From Auanema rhodensis (Eukaryota > Animalia > Nematoda): 64,000 nucleotides of DNA. Shown piece by piece: positions 14,201-28,884 of this stretch. The notes under the pieces were generated by a model, which was given only the letters and a program-made list of their open reading frames with translations, did no database searches and was not told the origin of the DNA. The stretch lies in NCBI GenBank assembly GCA_964057225.1, contig OZ059894.1:23064001-23128000 (forward strand). Direction: 5' to 3'. Positions within the stretch are counted from its first letter, which is position 1. Every line of letters begins with the position of its first letter. The translations under genes were made by a program, and so were the position numbers.

Positions 14201-15444
14201 TATGATCGTTTGAAAAATGATGCATTATTGTATGTTGAGTTTCCATGTACACTCAATATTGCTTCCAAAAACATTTTGACAAAAATTTTTTCGAAAAATT
14301 TCAAAAGAATTTAGCAAAAAGTAGATGTTTTTAGATTCCATTTTTCAAGGCAAAGACGATAGACAATGTTATTCAACGAAAAAATTAATTCTTTAGGGTG
14401 AAAATCGAGGATATAAGTGTGAACTTATATCAGTTGATATCTCGGTGCATTTTTAAGCTAGCGCAAATCTGATCACACAGATCGACGCAGCTTAAAAATC
14501 CGCATCGAATGCACTATACTACATTGAGGAACGCTTAATACACAAATTAGTTATGATCGTTTGAAAAATGATGCATTAGTGTATGTTGAGTTTCCATGTA
14601 CACTCAATATTGCTTCCAAAAACATTTTGACAAAAATTTTTTCGAAAAATTTCAAAAGAATTTAGCCAAAAGTAGATGTTTTTAGATTCCATTTTTTAAG
14701 GCAAAGACGATAGACAATGTTATGCAACGAAAAAATTAATTCTTTAGGGTGAAAATCGAGGATATAAGTGTGAACTTATATCAGTTGATATCTCGGTGCA
14801 TTTTTAAGCTAGCGCAAATCTGATCACACAGATCGACGCAGCTTAAAAATCCGCATCGAATGCACTATACTACATTGAGAAACGCTTAATACACAAATTA
14901 GTTATGATCGTTTGAAAAATGATGCATTAGTGTATGTTGAGTTTCCATGTACACTCAATATTGCTTCCAAAAACATTTTGACAAAAATTTTTTCGAAAAA
15001 TTTCAAAAGAATTTAGCAAAAAGTAGATGTTTTTAGATTCCATTTTTCAAGGCAAAGACGATAGACAATGTTATGCAACGAAAAAATTAATTCTTTAGGG
15101 TGAAAATCGAGGATATAAGTGTGAACTTATATCAGTTGATATCTCGGTGCATTTTTAAGCTAGCGCAAATCTGATCACACAGATCGACGCAGCTTAAAAA
15201 TCCGCATCGAATGCACTATACTACATTGAGAAACGCTTAATACACAAATTAGTTATGATCGTTTGAAAAATGATGCATTAGTGTATGTTGAGTTTCCATG
15301 TACACTCAATATTGCTTCCAAAAACATTTTGACAAAAATTTTTTCGAAAAATTTCAAAAGAATTTAGCAAAAAGTAGATGTTTTTAGATTCCATTTTTCA
15401 AGGCAAAGACGATAGACAATGTTATGCAACGAAAAAATTAATTC
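11233..15444 (+). repeat. SatA 6-mer higher-order tandem duplication (2 x 2106 bp)
   Basis: Variants lie 2106 bp apart: GCTCAAT (~11377/13483), ACAATCAAC (~11794/13900), TAGCC (~11858/13964 and 12560/14666) and CATTATTG (~12122/14228). Confidence 0.8.
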
Positions 15445-18400
15445 TTTAGGGTGAAAATCGAGGATATAAGTGTGAACTTATATCAGTTGATATCTCGGTG
15501 CATTTTTAAGCTAGCGCAAATCTGATCACACAGATCGACGCAGCTTAAAAATCCGCATCGAATGCACTATACTACATTGAGAAACGCTCAATACACAAAT
15601 TAGTTATGATCGTTTGAAAAATGATGCATTAGTGTATGTTGAGTTTCCATGTACACTCAATATTGCTTCCAAAAACATTTTGACAAAAAGTTTTTCGAAA
15701 AATTTCAAAAGAATTTAGCAAAAAGTAGATGTTTTTAGATTCCATTTTTCAAGGCAAAGACGATAGACAATGTTATGCAACGAAAAAATTAATTCTTTAG
15801 GGTGAAAATCGAGGATATAAGTGTGAACATATATCAGTTGATATCTCGGTGCATTTTTAAGCTAGCGCAAATCTGATAACACAGATCGACGCAGCTTAAA
15901 AATCCGCATCGAATGCACTATACTACATTGAGAAACGCTTAATACAAAAATTAGTTATGATCGTTTGAAAAATGATGCATTAGTGTATGTTGAGTTTCCA
16001 TGTACACTCAATATTGCTTCCAAAAACATTTTGACAAAAATTTTTTCGAAAAATTTCAAAAGAATTTAGCAAAAAGTAGATGTTTTTAGATTCCATTTTT
16101 CAAGGCAAAGACGATAGACAATGTTATGCAACGAAAAAATTAATTCTTTAGGGTGAAAATCGAGGATATAAGTGTGAACTTATATCAGTTGATATCTCGG
16201 TGCATTTTTAAGCTAGCGCAAATCTGATCACACAGATCGACGCAGCTTAAAAATCCGCATCGAATGCACTATACTACATTGAGAAACGCTTAATACACAA
16301 ATTAGTTATGATCGTTTGAAAAATGATGCATTAGTGTATGTTGAGTTTCCATGTACACTCAATATTGCTTCCAAAAACATTTTGACAAAAATTTTTTCGA
16401 AAAATTTCAAAAGAATTTAGCAAAAAGTAGATGTTTTTAGATTCCATTTTTCAAGGCAAAGACGATAGACAATGTTATTCAACGAAAAAATTAATTCTTT
16501 AGGGTGAAAATCGAGGATATAAGTGTGAACTTATATCAGTTGATATCTCGGTGCATTTTTAAGCTAGCGCAAATCTGATCACACAGATCGACGCAGCTTA
16601 AAAATCCGCATCGAATGCACTATACTACATTGAGAAACGCTTAATACACAAATTAGTTATGATCGTTTGAAAAATGATGCATTATTGTATGTTGAGTTTC
16701 CATGTACACTCAATATTGCTTCCAAAAACATTTTGACAAAAATTTTTTCGAAAAATTTCAAAAGAATTTAGCAAAAAGTAGATGTTTTTAGATTCCATTT
16801 TTCAAGGCAAAGACGATAGACAATGTTATTCAACGAAAAAATTAATTCTTTAGGGTGAAAATCGAGGATATAAGTGTGAACTTATATCAGTTGATATCTC
16901 GGTGCATTTTTAAGCTAGCGCAAATCTGATCACACAGATCGACGCAGCTTAAAAATCCGCATCGAATGCACTATACTACATTGAGAAACGCTTAATACAC
17001 AAATTAGTTATGATCGTTTGAAAAATGATGCATTAGTGTATGTTGAGTTTCCATGTACACTCAATATTGCTTCCAAAAACATTTTGACAAAAATTTTTTC
17101 GAAAAATTTCAAAAGAATTTAGCAAAAAGTAGATGTTTTTAGATTCCATTTTTCAAGGCAAAGACGATAGACAATGTTATTCAACGAAAAAGTTAATTCT
17201 TTAGGGTGAAAATCGAGGATATAAGTGTGAACTTATATCAGTTGATATCTCGGTGCATTTTTAAGCTAGCGCAAATCTGATCACACAGATCGACGCAGCT
17301 TAAAAATCCGCATCGAATGCACTATACTACATTGAGAAACGCTTAATACACAAATTAGTTATGATCGTTTGAAAAATGATGCATTAGTGTATGTTGAGTT
17401 TCCATGTACACTCAATATTGCTTCCAAAAACATTTTGACAAAAATTTTTTCGAAAAATTTCAAAAGAATTTAGCAAAAAGTAGATGTTTTTAGATTCCAT
17501 TTTTCAAGGCAAAGACGATAGACAATGTTATGCAACGAAAAAATTAATTCTTTAGGGTGAAAATCGAGGATATAAGTGTGAACATATATCAGTTGATATC
17601 TCGGTGCATTTTTAAGCTAGCGCAAATCTGATAACACAGATCGACGCAGCTTAAAAATCCGCATCGAATGCACTATACTACATTGAGAAACGCTTAATAC
17701 AAAAATTAGTTATGATCGTTTGAAAAATGATGCATTAGTGTATGTTGAGTTTCCATGTACACTCAACATTGCTTCCAAAAACATTTTGACAAAAATTTTT
17801 TCGAAAAATTTCAAAAGAATTTAGCAAAAAGTAGATGTTTTTAGATTCCATTTTTCAAGGCAAAGACGATAGACAATGTTATTCAACGAAAAAATTAATT
17901 CTTTAGGGTGAAAATCGAGGATATAAGTGTGAACATATATCAGTTGATATCTCGGTGCATTTTTAAGCTAGCGCAAATCTGATCACACAGATTGACGCAG
18001 CTTAAAAATCCGCATCGAATGCACTATACTACATTGAGAAACGCTTAATACACAAATTAGTTATGATCGTTTGAAAAATGATGCATTAGTGTATGTTGAG
18101 TTTCCATGTACACTCAATATTGCTTCCAAAAACATTTTGACAAAAATTTTTTCGAAAAATTTCAAAAGAATTTAGCAAAAAGTAGATGTTTTTAGATTCC
18201 ATTTTTCAAGGCAAAGACGATAGACAATGTTATGCAACGAAAAAATTAATTCTTTAGGGTGAAAATCGAGGATATAAGTGTGAACTTATATCAGTTGATA
18301 TCTCGGTGCATTTTTAAGCTAGCGCAAATCTGATCACACAGATCGACGCAGCTTAAAAATCCGCATCGAATGCACTATACTACATTGAGAAACGCTTAAT

Positions 18401-21400
18401 ACACAAATTAGTTATGATCGTTTGAAAAATGATGCATTAGTGTATGTTGAGTTTCCTTGTACACTCAATATTGCTTCCAAAAACATTTTGACAAAAATTT
18501 TTTCGAAAAATTTCAAAAGAATTTAGCAAAAAGTAGATGTTTTTAGATTCCATTTTTCAAGGCAAAGACGATAGACAATGTTATGCAACGAAAAAATTAA
18601 TTCTTTAGGGTGAAAATCGAGGATATAAGTGTGAACTTATATCAGTTGATATCTCGGTGCATTTTTAAGCTAGCGCAAATCTGATCACACAGATCGACGC
18701 AGCTTAAAAATCCGCATCGAATGCACTATACTACATTGAGAAACGCTTAATACACAAATTAGTTATGATCGTTTGAAAAATGATGCATTAGTGTATGTTG
18801 AGTTTCCATGTACACTCAATATTGCTTCCAAAAACATTTTGACAAAAATTTTTTCGAAAAATTTCAAAAGAATTTAGCAAAAAGTAGATGTTTTTAGATT
18901 CCATTTTTCAAGGCAAAGACGATAGACAATGTTATGCAACGAAAAAATTAATTCTTTAGGGTGAAAATCGAGGATATAAGTGTGAACTTATATCAGTTGA
19001 TATCTCGGTGCATTTTTAAGCTAGCGCAAATCTGATCACACAGATCGACGCAGCTTAAAAATCCGCATCGAATGCACTATACTACATTGAGAAACGCTTA
19101 ATACACAAATTAGTTATGATCGTTTGAAAAATGATGCATTAGTGTATGTTGAGTTTCCATGTACACTCAATATTGCTTCCAAAAACATTTTGACAAAAAT
19201 TTTTTCGAAAAATTTCAAAAGAATTTAGCAAAAAGTAGATGTTTTTAGATTCCATTTTTCAAGGCAAAAACGATAGACAATGTTATTCAACGAAAAAATT
19301 AATTCTTTAGGGTGAAAATCGAGGATATAAGTGTGAACATATATCAGTTGATATCTCGGTGCATTTTTAAGCTAGCGCAAATCTGATCACACAGATCGAC
19401 GCAGCTTAAAAATCCGCATCGAATGCACTATACTACATTGAGAAACGCTTAATACACAAATTAGTTATGATCGTTTGAAAAATGATGCATTAGTGTATGT
19501 TGAGTTTCCATGTACAATCAACATTGCTTCCAAAAACATTTTGACAAAAATTTTTTCGAAAAATTTCAAAAGAATTAAGCAAAAAGTAGATGTTTTTAGA
19601 TTCCATTTTTCAAGGCAAAGACGATAGACAATGTTATTCAACGAAAAAATTAATTCCTTAGGGTGAAAATCGAGGATATAAGTGTGAACTTATATCAGTT
19701 GATATCTCGGTGCATTTTTAAGCTAGCGCAAATCTGATCACACAGATCGACGCAGCTTAAAAATCCGCATCGAATGCACTATACTACATTGAGAAACGCT
19801 TAATACACAAATTAGTTATGATCGTTTGAAAAATGATGCATTAGTGTATGTTGAGTTTCCATGTACACTCAATATTGCTTCCAAAAACATTTTGACAAAA
19901 ATTTTTTCGAAAAATTTCAAAAGAATTTAGCAAAAAGTAGATGTTTTTAGATTCCATTTTTCAAGGCAAAGACGATAGACAATGTTATTCAACGAAAAAA
20001 TTAATTCTTTAGGGTGAAAATCGAGGATATAAGTGTGAACATATATCAGTTGATATCTCGGTGCATTTTTAAGCTAGCGCAAATCTGATCACACAGATCG
20101 ACGCAGCTTAAAAATCCGCATCGAATGCACTTTACTACATTGAGAAACGCTTAATACAAAAATTAGTTATGATCGTTTGAAAAATGATGCATTAGTGTAT
20201 GTTGAGTTTCCATGTACACTCAACATTGCTTCCACAAACATTTTGACAAAAATTTTTTCGAAAAATTTCAAAAGAATTTAGCAAAAAGTAGATGTTTTTA
20301 GATTCCATTTTTCAAGGCAAAGACGATAGACAATGTTATTCAACGAAAAAATTAATTCTTTAGGGTGAAAATCGAGGATATAAGTGTGAACTTATATCAG
20401 TTGATATCTCGGTGCATTTTTAAGCTAGCGCAAATCTGATCACACAGATCGACGCAGCTTAAAAATCCGCATCGAATGCACTATACTACATTGAGAAACG
20501 CTTAATACACAAATTAGTTATGATCGTTTGAAAAATGATGCATTAGTGTATGTTGAGTTTCCATGTACACTCAATATTGCTTCCAAAAACATTTTGACAA
20601 AAATTTTTTCGAAAAATTTCAAAAGAATTTAGCAAAAAGTAGATGTTTTTAGATTCCATTTTTCAAGGCAAAGACGATAGACAATGTTATTCAACGAAAA
20701 AATTAATTCTTTAGGGTGAAAATCGAGGATATAAGTGTGAACTTTTATCAGTTGATATCTCGGTGCATTTTTAAGCTAGCGCAAATCTGATCACACAGAT
20801 CGACGCAGCTTAAAAATCCGCATCGAATGCACTTTACTACATTGAGAAACGCTTAATACACAAATTAGTTATGATCGTTTGAAAAATGATGCATTAGTGT
20901 ATGTTGAGTTTCCATGTACACTCAATATTGCTTCCAAAAACATTTTGACAAAAATTTTTTCGAAAAATTTCAAAAGAATTTAGCAAAAAGTAGATGTTTT
21001 TAGATTCCATTTTTCAAGGCAAAGACGATAGACAATGTTATGCAACGAAAAAATTAATTCTTTAGGGTGAAAATCTAGGATATAAGTGTGAACTTATATC
21101 AGTTGATATCTCGGTGCATTTTTAAGCTAGCGCAAATCTGATCACACAGATCGACGCAGCTTAAAAATCCGCATCGAATGCACTATACTACATTGAGAAA
21201 CGTTTAATACACAAATTAGTTATGATCGTTTGAAAAATGATGCATTAGTGTATGTTGAGTTTCCATGTACACTCAATATTGCTTCCAAAAACATTTTGAC
21301 AAAAATTTTTTCGAAAAATTTCAAAAGAATTTAGCAAAAAGTAGATGTTTTTAGATTCCATTTTTCAAGGCAAAGACGATAGACAATGTTATTCAACGAA

Positions 21401-22113
21401 AAAATTAATTCTTTAGGGTGAAAATCGAGGATATAAGTGTGAACTTATATCAGTTGATATCTCGGTGCATTTTTAAGCTAGCGCAAATCTGATCACACAG
21501 ATCGACGCAGCTTAAAAATTCGCATCGAATGCACTATACTACATTGAGAAACGCTTAATACACAAATTAGTTATGATCGTTTGAAAAATGATGCATTAGT
21601 GTATGTTGAGTTTCCATGTACACTCAATATTGCTTCCAAAAACATTTTGACAAAAATTTTTTCGAAAAATTTCAAAATAATTTAGCAAAAAGTAGATGTT
21701 TTTAGATTCCATTTTTCAAGGCAAAGACGATAGACAATGTTATTCAACGAAAAAATTAATTCTTTAGGGTGAAAATCGAGGATATAAGTGTGAACTTATA
21801 TCAGTTGATATCTCGGTGCATTTTTAAGCTAGCGCAAATCTGATCACACAGATCGACGCAGCTTAAAAATCCGCATCGAATGCACTATACTACATTGAGA
21901 AACGCTTAATACACAAATTAGTTATGATCGTTTGAAAAATGATGCATTAGTGTATGTTGAGTTTCCATGTACACTCAATATTGCTTCCAAAAACATTTTG
22001 ACAAAAATTTTTTCGAAAAATTTCAGAATAATTTAGCAAAAAGTAGATGTTTTTAGATTCCATTTTTCAAGGCAAAGACGATAGACAATGTTATTCAACG
22101 AAAAAATTAATTC

Positions 22114-25100
22114 TTTAGGGTGAAAATCGAGGATATAAGTGTGAACTTATATCAGTTGATATCTCGGTGCATTTTTAAGCTAGCGCAAATCTGATAACAC
22201 AGATCGACGCAGCTTAAAAATCCGCATCGAATGCACTATACTACATTGAGAAACGCTTAATACACAAATTAGTTATGATCGTTTGAAAAATGATGCATTA
22301 GTGTATGTTGAGTTTCCATGTACACTCAATATTGCTTCCAAAAACATTTTGACAAAAATTTTTTCGAAAAATTTTAAAAGAATTTAGCAAAAAGTAGATG
22401 TTTTTAGATTCCATTTTTTAAGGCAAAGACGATGGACAATGTTATTCAACGAAAAATTTATTTCTTCAGGGTGAAAATCGAGGATATAAGTGTGAACTTA
22501 TATCAGTTGATATCTCGGTGCATTTTTAAGCTAGCGCAAATCTGATCACACAGATCGACGCAGCTTAAAAATCCGCATCGAATGCACTATACTACATTGA
22601 GAAACGCTTAATACACAAATTAGTTATGATCGTTTGAAAAATGATGCATTAGTGTATGTTGAGTTTCCATGTACACTCAATATTGCTTCCAAAAACATTT
22701 TGACAAAAATTTTTTCGAAAAATTTCAAAAGAATTTAGCAAAAAGTAGATGTTTTTAGATTCCATTTTTTAAGGCAAAGACGATGGACAATGTTATTCAA
22801 CGAAAAATTTATTTCTTCAGGGTGAAAATCGAGGATATAAGTGTGAACTTATATCAGTTGATATCTCGGTGCATTTTTAAGCTAGCGCAAATCTGATCAC
22901 ACAGATCGACGCAGCTTAAAAATCCGCATCGAATGCACTATACTACATTGAGAAACGCTTAATACACAAATTAGTTATGATCGTTTGAAAAATGATGCAT
23001 TAGTGTATGTTGAGTTTCCATGTACACTCAATATTGCTTCCAAAAACATTTTGACAAAAATTTTTTCGAAAAATTTCAAAAGAATTTAGCAAAACGTAGA
23101 TGTTTTTAGATTTCATTTTTTAAGGCAAAGCCGATGGACAATGTTATTCAACGAAAAAATTATTTCTTCAGGGTGAAAATCGAGGATATAAGTGTGAACT
23201 TATATCAGTTGATATCTCGGTGCATTTTTAAGCTAGCGCAAATCTGATCACACAGATCGACGCAGCTTAAAAATCCGCATCGAATGCACTATACTACATT
23301 GAGAAACGCTTAATACACAAATTAGTTATGATCGTTTGAAAAATGATGCATTAGTGTATGTTGAGTTTCCATGTACACTCAATATTGCTTCCAAAAACAT
23401 TTTGACAAAAATTTTTTCGAAAAATTTCAGAAGAATTTAGCAAAAAGTAGATGTTTTTAGATTCCATTTTTTAAGGCAAAGACGATGGACAATGTTATTC
23501 AACGAAAATATTATTTCTTCAGGGTGAAAATCGAGGATATAAGTGTGAACTTATATCAGTTGATATCTCGGTGCATTTTTAAGCTAGCGCAAATCTGATC
23601 ACACAGATCGACGCAGCTTAAAAATCCGCATCGAATGCACTATACTACATTGAGAAACGCTTAATACACAAATTAGTTATGATCGTTTGAAAAATGATGC
23701 ATTAGTGTATGTTGAGTTTCCATGTACACTCAACATTGCTTCCAAAAACATTTTGACAAAAATTTTTTCGAAAAATTTCAAAAGAATTTAGCAAAAAGTT
23801 GATGTTTTTAGATTCCATTTTTCAAGGCAAAGACGATAGACAATGTTATTCAACGAAAAAATTAATTCTTTAGGGTGAAAATCGAGGATATAAGTGTGAA
23901 CTTATATCAGTTGATATCTCGGTGCATTTTTAAGCTAGCGCAAATCTGATCACACAGATCGACGCAGCTTAAAAATCCGCATCGAATGCACTTTACTACA
24001 TTGAGAAACGCTTAATACACAAATTAGTTATGATCGTTTGAAAAATGATGCATTAGTGTATGTTGAGTTTCCATGTACACTCAATATTGCTTCCAAAAAC
24101 ATTTTGACAAAAATTTTTTCGAAAAATTTCAAAAGAATTTAGCAAAAAGTAGATGTTTTTAGATTCCATTTTTCAAGGCAAAGACGATAGACAATGTTAT
24201 GCAACGAAAAAATTAATTCTTTAGGGTGAAAATCTAGGATATAAGTGTGAACTTATATCAGTTGATATCTCGGTGCATTTTTAAGCTAGCGCAAATCTGA
24301 TCAAACAGATCGACGCAGCTTAAAAATCCGCATCGAATGCACTATACTACATTGAGAAACGCTTAATACACAAATTAGTTATGATCGTTTGAAAAATGAT
24401 GCATTAGTGTATGTTGAGTTTCCATGTACACTCAATATTGCTTCCAAAAACATTTTGACAAAAATTTTTTCGAAAAATTTCAAAAGAATTTAGCAAAAAG
24501 TAGATGTTTTTAGATTCCATTTTTTAAGGCAAAGACGATGGACAATGTTATTCAACGAAAAATTTATTTCTTCAGGGTGAAAATCGAGGATATAAGTGTG
24601 AACTTATATCAGTTGATATCTCGGTGCATTTTTAAGCTAGCGCAAATCTGATCACACAGATCGACGCAGCTTAAAAATCCGCATCGAATGCACTATACTA
24701 CATTGAGAAACGCTTAATACACAAATTAGTTATGATCGTTTGAAAAATGATGCATTAGTGTATGTTGAGTTTCCATGTACACTTAATATTGCTTCCAAAA
24801 ACATTTTGACAAAAATTTTTTCGAAAAATTTCAAAAGAATTTAGCAAAACGTAGATGTTTTTAGATTTCATTTTTTAAGGCAAAGCCGATGGACAATGTT
24901 ATTCAACGAAAAAATTATTTCTTCAGGGTGAAAATCGAGGATATAAGTGTGAACTTATATCAGTTGATATCTCGGTGCATTTTTAAGCTAGCGCAAATCT
25001 GATCACACAGATCGACGCAGCTTAAAAATCCGCATCGAATGCACTATACGACATTGAGAAACGCTTAATACACAAATTAGTTATGATCGTTTGAAAAATG

Positions 25101-26680
25101 ATGCATTAGTGTATGTTGAGTTTCCATGTACACTCAATATTGCTTCCAAAAACATTTTGACAAAAATTTTTTCGAAAAATTTCAAAAGAATTTAGCAAAA
25201 AGTAGATGTTTTTAGATTCCATTTTTTAAGGCAAAGACGATGGACAATGTTATTCAACGAAAAATTTATTTCTTCAGGGTGAAAATCGAGGATATAAGTG
25301 TGAACTTATATCAGTTGATATCTCGGTGCAATTTTAAGCTAGCGCAAATCTGATCACACAGATCGACGCAGCTTAAAAATCCGCATCGAATGCACTATAC
25401 TACATTGAGAAACGCTTAATACACAAATTAGTTATGATCGTTTGAAAAATGATGCATTAGTGTATGTTGAGTTTCCATGTACACTCAATATTGCTTCCAA
25501 AAACATTTTGACAAAAATTTTTTCGAAAAATTTTAAAAGAATTTAGCAAAAAGTAGATGTTTTTAGATTCCATTTTTTAAGGCAAAGACGATGGACAATG
25601 TTATTCAACGAAAAATTTATTTCTTCAGGGTGAAAATCGAGGATATAAGTGTGAACTTATATCAGTTGATATCTCGGTGCATTTTTAAGCTAGCGCAAAT
25701 CTGATCACACAGATCGACGCAGCTTAAAAATCCGCATCGAATGCACTATACTACATTGAGAAACGCTTAATACACAAATTAGTTATGATCGTTTGAAAAA
25801 TGATGCATTAGTGTATGTTGAGTTTCCATGTACACTTAATATTGCTTCCAAAAACATTTTGACAAAAATTTTTTCGAAAAATTTCAAAAGAATTTAGCAA
25901 AACGTAGATGTTTTTAGATTTCATTTTTTAAGGCAAAGCCGATGGACAATGTTATTCAACGAAAAAATTATTTCTTCAGGGTGAAAATCGAGGATATAAG
26001 TGTGAACTTATATCAGTTGATATCTCGGTGCATTTTTAAGCTAGCGCAAATCTGATCACACAGATCGACGCAGCTTAAAAATCCGCATCGAATGCACTAT
26101 ACGACATTGAGAAACGCTTAATACACAAATTAGTTATGATCGTTTGAAAAATGATGCATTAGTGTATGTTGAGTTTCCATGTACACTCAATATTGCTTCC
26201 AAAAACATTTTGACAAAAATTTTTTCGAAAAATTTCAAAAGAATTTAGCAAAAAGTAGATGTTTTTAGATTCCATTTTTTAAGGCAAAGACGATGGACAA
26301 TGTTATTCAACGAAAAATTTATTTCTTCAGGGTGAAAATCGAGGATATAAGTGTGAACTTATATCAGTTGATATCTCGGTGCAATTTTAAGCTAGCGCAA
26401 ATCTGATCACACAGATCGACGCAGCTTAAAAATCCGCATCGAATGCACTATACTACATTGAGAAACGCTTAATACACAAATTAGTTATGATCGTTTGAAA
26501 AATGATGCATTAGTGTATGTTGAGTTTCCATGTACACTCAATATTGCTTCCAAAAACATTTTGACAAAAATTTTTTCGAAAAATTTTAAAAGAATTTAGC
26601 AAAAAGTAGATGTTTTTAGATTCCATTTTTTAAGGCAAAGACGATGGACAATGTTATTCAACGAAAAATTTATTTCTTCA
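22114..26680 (+). repeat. SatA sub-family domain, including a 3-mer duplication at 24571-25623 / 25624-26676
   Basis: Most monomers here carry linked variants TTTTTTAAGG, GATGGAC and TATTTCTTCAGGG. ACTTAATA, AAAACGTAG, TATACGAC, GCAATTTT and ATTTTAAAAG each recur 1053 bp apart. Confidence 0.85.
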
Positions 26681-28683
26681 GGGTGAAAATCGAGGATATA
26701 AGTGTGAACTTATATCAGTTGATATCTCGGTGCATTTTTAAGCTAGCGCAAATCTGATAACACAGATCGACGCAGCTTAAAAATCCGCATCGAATGCACT
26801 ATACTACATTGAGAAACGCTTAATACACAAATTAGTTATGATCGTTTGAAAAATGATGCATTAGTGTATGTTGAGTTTCCATGTACACTCAACATTGCTT
26901 CCAAAAACATTTTGACAAAAATTTTTTCGAAAAATTTCAAAAGAATTTAGCAAAAAGTAGATGTTTTTAGATTCCATTTTTCAAGGCAAAGACGATAGAC
27001 AATGTTATGCAACGAAAAAATTAATTCTTTAGGGTGAAAATCTAGGATATAAGTGTGAACTTATATCAGTTGATATCTCGGTGCATTTTTAAGCTAGCGC
27101 AAATCTGATCACACAGATCGACGCAGCTTAAAAATCCGCATCGAATGCACTATACTACATTGAGAAACGCTTAATACACAAATTAGTTATGATCGTTTGA
27201 AAAATGATGCATTAGTGTATGTTGAGTTTCCATGTACACTCAATATTGCTTCCAAAAACATTTTGACAAAAATTTTTTCGAAAAATTTCAAAAGAATTTA
27301 GCAAAAAGTAGATGTTTTTAGATTCCATTTTTCAAGGCAAAGACGATAGACAATGTTATGCAACGAAAAAATTAATTCTTTAGGGTGAAAATCTAGGATA
27401 TAAGTGTGAACTTATATCAGTTGATATCTCGGTGCATTTTTAAGCTAGCGCAAATCTGATCACACAGATCGACGCAGCTTAAAAATCCGCATCGAATGCA
27501 CTATACTACATTGAGAAACGCTTAATACACAAATTAGTTATGATCGTTTGAAAAATGATGCATTAGTGTATGTTGAGTTTCCATGTACACTCAATATTGC
27601 TTCCAAAAACATTTTGACAAAAATTTTTTCGAAAAATTTCAAGAGAATTTAGCAAAAAGTAGATGTTTTTAGATTCCATTTTTCAAGGCAAAGACGATAG
27701 ACAATGTTATTCAACGAAAAAATTAATTCTTTAGGGTGAAAATCGAGGATATAAGTGTGAACTTATATCAGTTGATATCTCGGTGCATTTTTAAGCTAGC
27801 GCAAATCTGATCACACAGATCGACGCAGCTTAAAAATCCGCATCGAATGCACTATACTACATTGAGAAACGCTTAATACACAAATTAGTTATGATCGTTT
27901 GAAAAATGATGCATTAGTGTATGTTGAGTTTCCATGTACACTCAATATTGCTTCCAAAAACATTTTGACAAAAATTTTTTCGAAAAATTTCAAAAGAATT
28001 TAGCAAAAAGTAGATGGTTTTAGATTCCATTTTTCAAGGCAAAGACGATAGACAATGTTATTCAACGAAAAAATTAATTCTTTAGGGTGAAAATCGAGGA
28101 TATAAGTGTGAACTTATATCAGTTGATATCTCGGTGCATTTTTAAGCTAGCGCAAATCTGATCACACAGATCGACGCAGCTTAAAAATCCGCATCGAATG
28201 CACTTTACTACATTGAGAAACGCTTAATACACAAATTAGTTATGATCGTTTGAAAAATGATGCATTAGTGTATGTTGAGTTTCCATGTACACTCAATATT
28301 GCTTCCAAAAACATTTTGACAAAAATTTTTTCGAAAAATTTCAAAAGAATTTAGCAAAAAGTAGATGTTTTTAGATTCCACTTTTCAAGGCAAAGACGAT
28401 AGACAATGTTATGCAACGAAAAATTTATTTCTTCAGGGTGAAAATCGAGGATATAAGTGTGAACTTATATCAGTTGATATCTCGGTGCATTTTTAAGCTA
28501 GCGCAAATCTGATAACACAGATCGACGCAGCTTAAAAATCCGCATCGAATGCACTATACTACATTGAGAAACGCTTAATACAAAAATTAGTTATGATCGT
28601 TTGAAAAATGATGCATTAGTGTATGTTGAGTTTCCATGTACACTCAACATTGCTTCCAAAAACATTTTGACAAAAATTTTTAA

Positions 28684-28882
28684 ATCAATAAAAATTTGTT
28701 TTTAGACTAATATGGACATGGGGAATCTAATTTTGAAAACCGCATCTCTTTATCTTTCACGTGAAGCGAGTTACATACCAAGTGCACATCACGTGTACAT
28801 TTAATTAGCATAAATTAAAGTTCACGTAAATTTCAAAGTCATGGTTACCATGAACCAATATCAATAAAAATTTGTTTTTAGA
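28684..28882 (-). repeat. Inverted SatB fragment, 199 bp (about 1.1 monomers)
   Basis: ATCAATAAAAATTTG...TTTGTTTTTAGA is the reverse complement of the 176-bp unit. An unmatched AA flanks it on each side. Confidence 0.95.
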
Positions 28883-28884
28883 AA

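Larger units (their letters stand above)
1..28681 (+). repeat. Satellite DNA array SatA, 351-bp monomer, about 81.7 head-to-tail copies, truncated by the window start
   Basis: TTTAGGGTGAAAATC recurs at 1, 352, 703 ... 7021, 14041, 21061 and 28081, i.e. exactly 1+351n. Monomers differ only by a few substitutions. GC is about 31%. The last copy starts at 28432 and breaks at monomer position about 250. Confidence 0.98.
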
